A stretch of 64,000 nt of DNA from Antedon mediterranea (taxonomy: Eukaryota > Animalia > Echinodermata), in assembly GCF_964355755.1 (NCBI RefSeq), contig NC_092680.1:6572001-6636000 (forward strand), read 5' to 3'. Numbering within the stretch: position 1 is the stretch's first letter; each line of letters begins with the position of its first letter. Of the stretch, positions 1 through 12,301 are shown piece after piece. A program made the translations under genes and the position numbers. The notes under the pieces are model-generated. The model ran no database searches and had not been told where the DNA came from. It saw only the letters and a program-made list of their open reading frames with translations.

Positions 1-29
1 TGGCTGCAGTCATGTGCTCAAGTTAGTGT

Positions 30-90
30 TTTGACTGACCAACCGACCGACATAGTGAGCTGTAGAGTCGCGTTGTATGCGACTAATAAA
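30..90 (+). mobile_element. End of a DINE-1/Helentron-like non-autonomous element
   Basis: (ACCG/ACTG)n microsatellite followed by agtcgc..gcgact stem-loop and A-rich flank. Confidence 0.5.
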
Positions 91-3000
91 TAACGAATAT
101 TTTATTGAAAGATATCAACTTATTCTCACACCAACTCAATAAACATTCATTATTTGTATACCATCAAGCATGTCATCAGGTACTTTCATAATAAAATGGC
201 ATTAGAGAATTGCATCGGTTTGGTACTACATTATCTAAATGAGTAGTCTGTTGCATGTCAGTCACCTTATAATGAGTAATTATCTAGTGTATTATCTCAA
301 CATATATGCATGTGACTTTACTCAAACAAGGCCTGTACAGTAAAGAAGAAGATTATGCTGATGGTGACATGAAAACCAGGGAAGAGTAAATTTAATTTAA
401 CTCTTCCCTGTGAAAACATAAAAATTGTTATACTGTAAATGACATAGTATATCTTGTCTATCTTGAAAGAGTTGGCTTTTAGAAAGAAGCAATCAAACCT
501 CAATTTTAAATTTAAAAAACACATACGACTTCCAGATAATCACATCAAAATTCAATGTTTATTCATTTTGCACAGTAATAAACAATATTTTATATAGATT
601 ATTTCTATGCCAGGCATATAAATAGTAGTATTTGTGAACTTTCAACATTATGATTACATGCAATACAAACTAAGCTTTGATAATATTACTCCAAGGATTT
701 TGTTTAGAATTTGATGATGGTATTATTAGCTGCAAAATAATTGAATATTCCATATTGATGTGAATATTATATTGTAAAACCCATCAAAGTTGTATCTAAA
801 AATGCATTAATACAATATAATAAGTAATAGGTCTTTGATCTTTTCAGTGCAAAGATAATAACCTGAAATGATCTCAGTCTTTTGAAATATTGGCAGCTTA
901 CATAACTTGAAAAAAGTTTGGACATAAATAAACTAAGCTTATTAATTTAATCTATTAGCTTCAAGAGACTTTGTTACGCCAACTATGAGCGAAGCATTTG
1001 TTTGTACATACTGTGTGGACATTTTAAGCTGGATTTAAATGCTTTTCCATTTACTCTTATTTGAATAGTTTACATATGTCTTTTATTCAATGCAACTCAA
1101 GAATAACAAGTTAACCCAAACACATATCTTAATATTTTATGTCCAGTAATTTGCTTTTAGATTCATATTTCACCTCTGTGATTTCAGTGATTTCATCAAC
1201 CATTCTATCATGATGGTCTGGTATTTAGATACAGTATAGAAATGGCAATAGGCTAAAGGAAAATTAATTTTTTTATAAATCTTTTCATTCTCACCGATTT
1301 CCTCATCTTAGCCGTTTATAAATTAATTTCCCATATATTACTGGGTAATTTAGGTGCACATATATATTAGTTGACAGATAAAATATAGATAGATAGATAA
1401 ATAAAGTTTTATTTATTGCACACTACAGACTGTTTCTTGAAGGAGAAAAAAAACACGTTTCAGTCGAGACAAAGAGGAATAAGCAGTAGAAACCAAAAGA
1501 AATATACAGATTTATAGTCTTTGTAAATAACAATTGTGGAACCCACTGTGAAAACATTCATCATATAACAGCTTTCCATTTTAGATTTAAGTCAATCACA
1601 TATGAATTTACAAAAAAACAAAATAATTTAATTTTCTAGTAGAATCACATCAATATTTTGTGTATTTATACATTAGACACACTTGACCATAGTCAATTAA
1701 CTATTTATTTATTTATTTATTTAATCTTTTTTTATTCTGAAATACACTTTCAATACAATGTACTGATTTCCAAAGTGGTTCAGTTCTTAACTACATAAAT
1801 GTAAACAAAATACAGTATACAGTATAAATGGACAAAAGAAAATATTACTTGACTTGTTTTCTTTTTCATAAAGATGTTTCATCAGACAAAAATTATATAA
1901 ACAAGAAAGGAAAAAAATATTATATACAATACAGTTAAGTTGCTGTAGGTTATATTATAAATTAATTGAGATTGATATTACATTACAAGGTTGTTTTAAA
2001 GTTTATGTCCTTGATAAGTGTAAGACATGTTTTTTTTCATATTCGATGTTAACTTAGGGAATTATTAAAATTGTTTCAATTTACAACTCTGGTGTTATAC
2101 CTATACATTGTTTGTTAAATAATTAAGTTTAGCATAATGTAGTTGTGTTATGAAATATATTTTAAAGGCTGCAAAATTTTATAATTGAATATCACTTACA
2201 ACCATGAACTGTCCATGATTATTACGTGACAAACACACTCTTAAATTTATAGTCAATTTATTCTTAATAAAATATTCATAATTGACACATTTTGAACATA
2301 TCAACATCACAAAACAGAAAACGTGTTCACATACCGTCAAATTGTATTGTAGTAGAGTAAATATATGTATTTACAATAGAGTATATACCACCACTTTTTT
2401 TATGCAGGAACATTTACCTGGACGACACTGTAGAAACAGCTATATTTCAACTAATGAAACATTTGTCATTTGACATCAAATTCTATGAATAATCTTGCCA
2501 CAAAGTTAGTTAATCCTCATCAAATTATTTAAAGAATCTTAGGCCAATCCTTTTTGTTATCAAAATGATAAATATATGTAAATATGGTACAGTAATAGAC
2601 AAGGAAGACAAAGAAAAATTGCTCAAAGACGGTGATATCTTGTGCTTGAAAGATTGTTGACTAAAAGGTCAATGGAAATGGATGCAAATAAGACACTCCT
2701 CTAATCAAAGGCGTTTTATTAGTTGATACAATAGTATAATACTCACCTGTTTCAATACAAGTTTTATTATATGCCATGGTTCTTCTAAAATGTATGTACT
2801 CCAAATATACCTCCTCTTTGCAGTATCTTTAAAATGAAGTACTTTATTATAGTTATATAATTTAATTTGAAAATAATCACTAGTAGACTAAAAATAAGAT
2901 TTTGTACTTACTTATGTTTTGATAATATAATGATGATGATTTTGGAGACCCACTTGATAGTTTGATTTAGTTCGCTTTAGGGAATCCTGTCTCTCTCTAT

Positions 3001-3101
3001 TGTTTGTTATTTTTTGTTATAATTATGTGAGACGAAATAAATGAAATGAAATGAAAACTAATCTGTATTGCCTTAACTGTACGTGTCCATCCAAACCTTA
3101 A

Positions 3102-3292
3102 AGGGCCTTTCACACCTGTTCCGGCACGGTTCCGGTCCGGCGAATCGAACGCCAATGTTTTGTTTTCACGACGCTCCACGCGGCCAAGCACCAATCGATA
3201 TGCGCGTAGCCGCGTAAAAACGAAACATTGACGTTCGATTGGATTTGCCGTCGCCGGACCGGAACCGTGCCGGAGCAGGTGTGAAAGGCCCT
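3102..3292. mobile_element. PIF/Harbinger-type MITE
   Basis: ~42-bp near-perfect TIRs agggcctttcacacctg(t/c)tccggcacggttccggtccggcga; TAA TSD on both sides. Confidence 0.88.
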
Positions 3293-5368
3293 TAACACCA
3301 TACATTAAAATATGATAAATAGAAGACCGTTAGTATAATCAAATGACTTGTAGTAACAGTAGCAGCCTTGTTTTAATTTTACATTTCAATTATAATCTCA
3401 CTGTAAAATTGTTTTATAATAAATTCCTCTTTGTATTTGTAGATTCCTAGTATCTCCGGTATGGTTTCTAGTATGATACAGCTTGTGTTTGTTGTGATAT
3501 ACCCACCAAAGAAATCAGCCGAAAAGACTGAATAAATGTCGTTCATGTCAACAGGAATATCAGTACTTCACTAAAATATGCAAGAATGATCTTAACATTT
3601 TATCAGTTTATTTAAGGTTATCTTTATGTGCCAAAATTTAAGTTGGTTTTCTATAATTTAACATGGGATGAGATCTGAACAAAAAATAAGGTGTCCACAT
3701 AAGTACATGTGCCAATATTTGTAGAGAAATCACATGTTATTACACACATGACACTTGATCCGTTTCAAGAGTTTTAGGCTACATGCTGATTTTTAAAAAA
3801 TAATTTTAACATTGTCCCTTGTGGTGTAATTTTGAATACTTAAAATGATGAAAATATAATGATAGTAAAACATATAAATTTGGAATCACAAAATGTTGCC
3901 TTTTTATTACTGTTTTATGTTTTCTCATATTTAACCGTTCATTCAATTGGTGTTTTACAAATTATAAGATAAGATAAGATAAGATAAATCTTTATTGTCA
4001 TGAACACAACAAGGTGAACATGAAATTGGTTTTCCTTGATGCTTAAAAACACATACAATATATAAAACATTAAAAATATCAATACAATACATTAAAACTA
4101 TATACAGTAGTAAACAAGTAAACAAACTATCTTTGGAATGTTGTGTTGGAAACATGAATAGAGTTGTGGACAAATGATTTCCTACATTGAGTGGTATTGC
4201 ACATTATTATTGTATTCCCTTCAGCAAATTGGTTTTGTTTAAATGACATTAATAAAGTTATAAAGTGTGTTTAACATTCAATTTAAGATCTTTCATGTAA
4301 GTTTGGCAGGTTAGATCCTTCTGTATATCTATAAAGTCGAATGGTGCTTAAGCAATTTAAGAACTAGGCCAGGTAGAGACTTTCCTTCTAGTAGATTGTG
4401 TTGAATCATGTCCCTTAGAGAATTTGTTTTATCTCTCTATCAAGAAGAATTCAAGCAATAAGCACTTGTATCTCCTGGCAATATGATTTCCAGTAGTTAG
4501 CCATTTTCTGATAGTCTTTTATCTTTTTGAAATGTTGTTTCAATCGGTCTTCAATTCCCAAGATTACTACACATTAAGTACTAACATATATAGCCATTCA
4601 TAGCGACTCACAAAACGGGTTATTCAGCACAAATTTCCGCGCTCTCTTTATGATACATGTTAATCAGTGAATTATCTCCCAGATAACTGGCCATATATAT
4701 CTGGATAAAGTACCGCTTTAAGTCGGTAACTATGTAGTATAGTAACATTACTGAATTTATAGTCAATAGATTACGCTGTGCATGATTCTAATAAATATGT
4801 CCTATAATATTTATCACCAGACTTTTTAAAACAAATTAGGCAGTTATTAATTGCAATTGAATTCAGTAAAGTAATTGCAATATCCAATTTGTCACTGCCA
4901 TTGAACAGAAAAACACTACTGAGAAAATGTTAACAAAATTTCAGCAACTTTTTAAAAAAAACAATCAATGGTAAATCTAAAATTGGCTTAAAAAATGCTA
5001 GCCCAAAATAATATATCCTAAATTTCTTTTGTTCAGATGAACTTTTAAATATTGTCTTTGTTTTAACCAGGGAGTTGTTGTAAAATAACTTATTTCACAA
5101 CTCCCTGTTTTAACATAATATATTTATTATGTTACTATGCTATTAAATTATAGTGCAAGTATTCTCCTGATCTTGGGTAAATATAGAGGGCGCTTCACAA
5201 TAAAAACATTATTTCTCTGGGTGGTGTTATTTAGCACTGTACTGCAGTTCATTTCCTGTAATGAATGATAAGTTTCTACTTTTGTACACCTTTGGACTAT
5301 GTCTTTGTACAGTTGATGTATTTGTGACTAGTTTGTGTTACCGACATCTTTTGCCTTCCTCTAACTAA

Positions 5369-8300
5369 TAGTAGGGCGGCCAATGTGAGCTTTTTCATCA
5401 TGGGGGGCATTTTCTGTTAATAGCAGGCAACCATGTGGAATATATCCCTTATGGGATGACAAAAAAGATAGGGGTGGATGCCGCTCTCAAATTTCAGGTC
5501 AAAGGTCATTTTCAAGGTTATAAGGTCAAATATGGTAAAATAGAGGTTTAAGCTGTTTTCAACAACATATAAGCTAATTAAAAGAAATGTAACCATTATT
5601 TGATCATTATTGACATATTGCTGTAGATGCTGAAGTTCATCAATTTTTCAACTTACAAGTTTAAAGGTCATTTTCAAGGTCATAAGGTCAAATAGAGCAC
5701 ATACCTGTTAATTATCGGTATTAATAATTGAAATAAATATAATTTTCATGATAGCCTGGAGCTGATGGTTATAGTGTGGTGTCAAAAAGACCAGAATTGT
5801 ACTGGGAAGATTTTAAACTTTTTGAGTCACTCCTGGAAGGTGTTCAAGGAATGGAGAGGATGAGTCCTAGAGTATCAAAATAACCGAAATTGGAGGCCTA
5901 CTGGAATGTCTTAAATTTCATTTAAAAACGGTCACAGAGGGTTTGTGGGTTGGGAGTAATGGGCGGCATGGGCACATGCCAATATTCGAAATTTTTCTGG
6001 GATGGAAGGAGGTAACGCTCTGAGGTGGGTATTCCTTCAAGCACTGATATATAATGCCTACTAGCCATCTGGGTAACGGCAAACGATTGAATCACAACCA
6101 CATATGCATGCTTTCTGTAACAACTTCATCTGGCTCTTTAGTTTACATACACATGTAACAAGTTCCAAACTGACTACTGGGTTAGGGGCTTCCAAACGAC
6201 CCGATTCATTTAGGCCACATAGGCCTACTGATAGCTCTGCCTGATAGTTGGCTCGTATGTTTAGGTTCTATGATGTCTGTATTCACCATAGGCGAGTTTT
6301 TTTAATTTTAAGTGTTTCCCGAAGTAGAAATACAGGTACTTAAATATTTATTGAGTGAAGTGAAATACTTAATATTTAAGGGAAATATATATCACTAGTG
6401 TTAATGGTATATGGTCACTGAGTCTAGATGGAGGTAGCACCAAAGAGTAGTCTGTTATTATACAGTTCTGCTCAAGAGTACCATATATTTGGCAATATTA
6501 AACTTTAGTGTACACTGTACGTGGAAAGTCTTAATCTTAATCAATTCCATTTACAAGGAGTGGATGCGTTACAAATGATTTCTAGTATGACCTCTTCCCA
6601 TAACCAGCAAATAATGACGTGCTGCAACCTGTAATAGCATGGAACCTGGTTAGATTATTCTTAATAGGTTTTCAACCACTTTATTGTTCACTATACCAGA
6701 CATCGTCCATACTTTTAAGGCTACTGTTACAAAGTGCATATCATTAATTAACATCAACTTTCATGTATAATTGCAAGCTCTTTGTTATTGACATAAAGAA
6801 TGTCTAAAAACTTTGTGATATTTGTTCTCCTTCAAACCGATGAGTGTGGCCCAAAACACATACGGAAGTACAGATTAGTACATTGGGACTATCCTTTCAA
6901 TCGTGTCACTGCTTTTATCCACCCCTTTCCAATGTAATGATCAAATACAACAAAATGATGAAATATCTAGGTAACTTGAATAAATACTTGCATAGTCACC
7001 AAATGTTTACAGCCATGTTTACTGCATCCTATAGTGCATGACCATCATGTTTTTACTGTAAGTTTTCTTCTGGAACATCTGTCGGTATTTCAACGCCATC
7101 CATCAAGATATGTGAAGTCATATTTGGTTAAAGATATTAAAATTGGGCTATGATCATACTCCAATGGTTGATCAGCAGATTTTCTGTCAGTTTTTATATA
7201 CTTTATCGAAACTGTTGCCTTATAGAAATCCGCAAAGGTTTAGAGCGATGCTTTCTCAGTGGCTCATGAAGTTCTAAGTTCTACTGTTTTTTTTCTTCCA
7301 ATAAGTTGTTACTTTAAATATAAGATCTTCCTTATCATCTGTCAGTTCGAAAGAATATTGTGTATTATGTGTGATTCGTGATCAGTCTGACTATGTCATG
7401 CAGAACCTATCAATGAATTTAACAGCGTTTCATGTTATACCAATGATTCTATTTTGAATTGATCAATCATCCACTCAGTGTTTAGAATATTGGTTCTGAT
7501 AGTTTAGATAGGTAAATTTGTTTACCCTTTTAACCTCATTTCTACAACGAATCCAATCGGTTTTTAAATGTGTTGGTAGTTTCAGAAATGACGACTTTGG
7601 TTGGCAAACTATTAAAATATATAATTACTAATTGTGAAAAAGTGGATCTCCTATCAGTCCTTTGTGAAGTTTAGGTTTAAAAAGTCTAAGCTGATGTCCT
7701 CGTGTATTTCTGCTTAGATTGCATCTCATTTGAAGGAAGTCTTCCTTGGCTACACCCTCGAAATCTTTTGAAAATTTTCAATCAAGTCACCATGAATTCG
7801 TCTGTCATACAGGGTTGTTAGGCCAAGAAACTTTAAACAATCTTCATATGAATAAGAATAGATAGCTGGAATTTGATTTGTCGCATGACGTTGTCCTCTT
7901 CAAGTGCGTTTATGTCTTTTTGGAGAAATGGATTTCATACCTGGACACAGTACGTAACGTAATGTTTGTAAATAACGTTAAAACCGTCTTTATCCATGTG
8001 TATAAAGGACTTCTTAATTACTTAAGGAGTTTTATATTTGTTATCACCGTCAGCCATGATAGCATAGATGCGAAGGCCTCAAGAAGAAGTCCCCAATTAC
8101 CACTCCTTCCAACCTTGATAAAGTCCAATAGTTAGGGTTTTTGAAAGCAAAGACTCGATACCCAGGTTTCTCTTTCGAGATTTCTTGAAACAACAAACTT
8201 CAATAAAAATAGATAGAATATCCAGAGATCAACTTATACAAGAAAATAAATTTGGAGGCTTACGAATGGTCGATATAAACGCATATATTCAATCGGTAAA

Positions 8301-9706
8301 AATCACGTGGGTTAGACGGTTAGTGCATTTTGGCTGGATGTAATAAAGGCGTGGTGCGTATTTGTGAAACACAACACTCCTATGAGCACCGAATCGATAT
8401 GTAGACAAACACTCTGGATGAATGATAATATTAAAGTCGGCGGAGAAAGTATCTATTATAAAAACTGGAGTAATCATGGGGTGAATTTTATAAATGATTT
8501 AGTTGATAGACATGGAATAACTCCATTAAAACAACTTAGTAAACGTCATAATCTTAACATCAACTTTCTTCAATATGAAGGCCTAATACATGCGGTCAGA
8601 CAACATACGTCTTTATATCAAATTTCTCCAAAAGGAAAAATAAATAGCCCACTACTACCTTTTAACCTTAGCGTAGTAATAAAAAATAAAAAAGGATCAA
8701 AGCTAATTTATAATACTCTAATCAACTCTAGAAAAAAACAATCGAAAGCTAAAATTAAGTGGGAGAAGGCATTGGATACTTTATATGTTGATAAAGAGTG
8801 GGAAATTATTAATACCATGTTTTTCTCACTTACTATGTCCACACCACTAATCTGGTTTCAATATAAAATTGTGCATAGAATTTTAGGTAATAACTCCTTT
8901 TTGTATAAAATTGGGAAAATTGACTCACCTTTATGTGCTTTATGTAAAGCAGAAACAGAAACCTTAATACATATTTTTGCACAATGCTGTGAAATTAAAA
9001 TATTTTGGAGAAAGATTAAACAATGGTTGAAATCATATTTTAATATAAATGTAATTATCAACCCCGAATTATGCCTTTTTGGAGTTAGAAAAAAACCATT
9101 TAAAGCCCTAAATACTATTTTACTAATTTGTCGACACTACATATATAGCTGTAAAATGAGAAAAATTAAGCCCAATATTGTTCGATTCGTGAATGAGATT
9201 AAGTTACACGTTAAACAAGAAGAATTTATTTTGAAAACCAAAGGGGAGCATCATACTTACTTAAACAAATGGAGTCCTTTCTAGGAAAAACATGAACTTA
9301 TTGACTGGTAACTTTGCATTAAAAAAAAAAGGACTTAGTACTGTTTTTTATAATATGTTTTTTAATCCTGAATTATTTATACACTTTTATGATCTGTTTA
9401 TTTAGTAAGTTATAAATATATATTTGAATAAGAAAGTTTTATGTTTAATTAAATTATTTAGTTGAAATATGTTATAAAAAAAAAAAATTGACAACAAATT
9501 ATTTATAGACTTTGTTTTTAAGAAAAAAGAAAAAGTAGATTTATATTTATTACATCATGAAATTATTTATAGTTTGTTCTTAAGAGAAATGTATATTATA
9601 TATTATTATTATTTAAAAAGTGTTATTATTTATATTGTGTATTACTATTAATAAGAAAGTGTTATTATTTTAAGCTATTTTTTAAATTTAAATATGAAAG
9701 TGTTCA

Positions 9707-9739
<33 letters not shown>

Positions 9740-10435
9740 TCAATAAAAACTTGTTCATATAGGGGGTCTCTGTTTTCGAAATTTTTCTAAAAACAAATTC
9801 TAAGTATTATTACATTATTATAGGTAATATTAATAATTTTTCTAAAAACAAATTTCTAAATATTACTGTATTACATTAATTATTATAGGTAATATTAATA
9901 TTATAGTAAAAGACCAATCTTTTGGCACATATGGCGTTTCATACATATAACACTTGACCTATTTTTTCCGACAAAAATCAAAACGATGACTGGTGGACAA
10001 CATGAAAAAGACAAATTTACAATGACTGGGAAAAGCCTATTAAAAAACTGTGTGTACTTTACAGAAATATGTGAAAACAACATTTTGAGAAAATGACACT
10101 TTTATATTTAATTTCCTATGTTTTTATGTGTAAAATTAAATGTTTATCTCATAATTACTATAATATGAAGCATCAGTTGATCTTCAGATATACCTTTTTG
10201 GATAGATCTGATGATGTAGATGATTTTCCGTGAATAAAAAAAAATCCTATATTTTGACCTTGTTTGACCTCTTGACCACATAAACTGACCTTAAAACCCA
10301 AAACTGAAGATGGCATCCACCCCTATCGTTTTTGTCACCCCACAAAGGATACATTCAACATGGTTGCCTGCTATTAACAAAAAATGCCCCCCAAACTTTT
10401 TATAGAGGACTTTTGTGTATTTGGCCTCTCTACTA
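5369..10435 (-). mobile_element. Decayed Academ (XPG-domain type) DNA transposon
   Basis: TAGT...ACTA termini flanked by TAA/TAA 3-bp TSD; long imperfect inverted repeats (5400-5482 vs 10311-10393); minus-strand remnants FHAITGCSTSLFAGYGKR (~6590-6645), IRANYQA (~6238-6260) and CGC Cys motif (~6095). Confidence 0.8.
8210..9737 (+). mobile_element. 5'-truncated L1/Tx1-clade LINE (ORF2 C-terminus with zf-RVT), nested in the Academ element
   Basis: 306-aa ORF 8364-9284 with FQYKIVHRIL and CALC..ETLIHIFAQC; AT-rich 3' UTR; AATAAA plus ~29-nt poly(A); TSD aaacttcaataaaaa at 8195-8209 and 9735-9749. Confidence 0.92.
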
Positions 10436-10499
10436 TAATGTGTACTTGCAAGAAGAAGATACATATTGATGAAAATATTATTATAAACTATGCTGTGCT

Positions 10500-11530
10500 G
10501 TAGATAGCGGTCTTTTTATTAAATGCTGGTCAATAGAGGGCATGCTTTGGTTGACGTCCATTTACAGGTGGTGAATACTGTATTCGAGAAATTACTTGTT
10601 TTAGAGGGCGGTCTATACCCTAATTCTGGTCAATAGGGGGCATACTATATCCTGTTTTGGTTGACCTCCATTACAGGTGAATACTGTATTCCTGAAAATA
10701 ATTGTTTTAGAGGGCGGGCTATACCCTAATTCTAGTCAATAGGTGGTATACTATATCCGGTTTGGCTGACCTCAATTTACAGTTGAATATTCATAAAATA
10801 CTTGTATTTTTTTAAGAGGGCGTTTTATATCTTATTGCTGGTCAATAGGGACATACTATATCCGGTTTGGCTGACCTCAATTTACAGGTGAATATTCATG
10901 AAATACTTCTAATTTTTTTAAGAGGGCGGTTTATATCTTATTGCTGGTCAATAGGGGGCATATAACCGGTTTGGCTGACCTCAATTTACAGGTAAATATT
11001 CATGAAATACTTCTATTTTTTAAAGAGGGCGTTTTATATCTTATTGCTGGTCAATAGGGAGCATACTATATCCGGTTTGGCTGACCTCAATTTACAGGTA
11101 AATATTTATGAAATACTTCTATTTTTTAAAGAGGGCGGTTTATATCTTATTGCTGGTCAATAGGGGAATACTATATCCGATTTGGCTGACCTCAATTTAC
11201 AGGTGAATATTCATGAAATACTTCTATTTTTTAAGAGGGCGGTTATATCTTATTGCTGGTCAATAGGGGGCATACTATATCCGGTTTGGCTGACCTCAAT
11301 TTACAGGTAAATATTCATGAAATACTTCTATTTTTTAAAGAGGGCGGTTTATATCTTATTGTCAATAGGGGGCATATAACCGGTTTGGCTGACCTCAATT
11401 TACAGGTGAATATTCATGAAATACTTCTATTATTTGAAGAGGGCGGTTTATATCTTATTGCTTGTCAATATGTGGCATGATATATCCGGTTTGCGTTGAC
11501 CTATATTTTTCAGGTGAATATTAATGACAA
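10500..11530. repeat. Minisatellite, ~105-bp unit, ~10 copies
   Basis: agagggcgg...ggtcaatagggg...ttggctgacctcaatttacagg recurs about every 98-107 bp. Confidence 0.95.
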
Positions 11531-11576
11531 TACTACACCAGCTTTCCTCAAATTTCACGGCCTAAAATCGGGTTCC

Positions 11577-11913
11577 TGGGAGAGCATTTTTTTTCTATGC
11601 AATTAAGGCCGAAATCATGAATAATTAATTAGAATAATTATGACATAATATGGAATAGTATAGCTGGCGCTATATAAGCCTGCAGGAAAACAGCGTTTGC
11701 CAACCGAAATGTTTGGTCTAGTGGTAAACCTATTTCACTGGAGCCCTCGGTTCGAGATCTTTAAAGAACATGTTTTTTTAATGAGACCTCATTTAGAGGG
11801 TTAGGTTTAGTATATTTAGTATATCAGCTATAATGCAATTTTTTATAATAGAAAATAATTAAGGTAGTGAATTATTCTGCCTTAATTGCATAGGGAAAAA
11901 AATAATGCTTCCC
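11577..11913. mobile_element. Small inverted-repeat element with a tRNA-like A/B-box core
   Basis: Arms agcattttt..ctatgcaattaaggc / gccttaattgcatag..aatgct; internal tggtctagtgg (11714) and ggttcgagatc (11749). Confidence 0.45.
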
Positions 11914-12301
11914 GGGACCAAACCGCGGCAAACTCCCAGCTGGACCAACATAATGAAGCAGATATAAAATGGTCCTGTCTTCCCAGCCCCACCCAACATG
12001 ATTCAGTCGGGATGATGTAGGAAAAGTCCCCGGAAATCGCATTGTAATTTATTTGGAGGGTAAATATTTCGGGGTTTCCCTTTTGTCACCGTGTCGCGTC
12101 ATCAGTTCACACACGACTGTTATTACACATCTTAATCGAAACTTTAGCCGCCGTTTGGTATGTTGAGCCTACGATCATTTTTGGCAAGATCAAACCACAT
12201 AACTCGTAACCATGTAACATCTATCAAATACCATTCATCATCTCGACATTTCACTGTTGTAAGCTGAGTTTTGCTAAAAATAAAGGCGCTAACGTTTTTT
12301 T

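Noticed and set aside
2747-2785. Possible 39-nt minus-strand exon (tag...CAG/gtgagt, EPWHIIKPCIET)
   Set aside because: No partner exons or recognisable protein; such sites arise by chance.
11714-11760. tRNA gene
   Set aside because: Only A/B-box-like words; no complete cloverleaf can be drawn.
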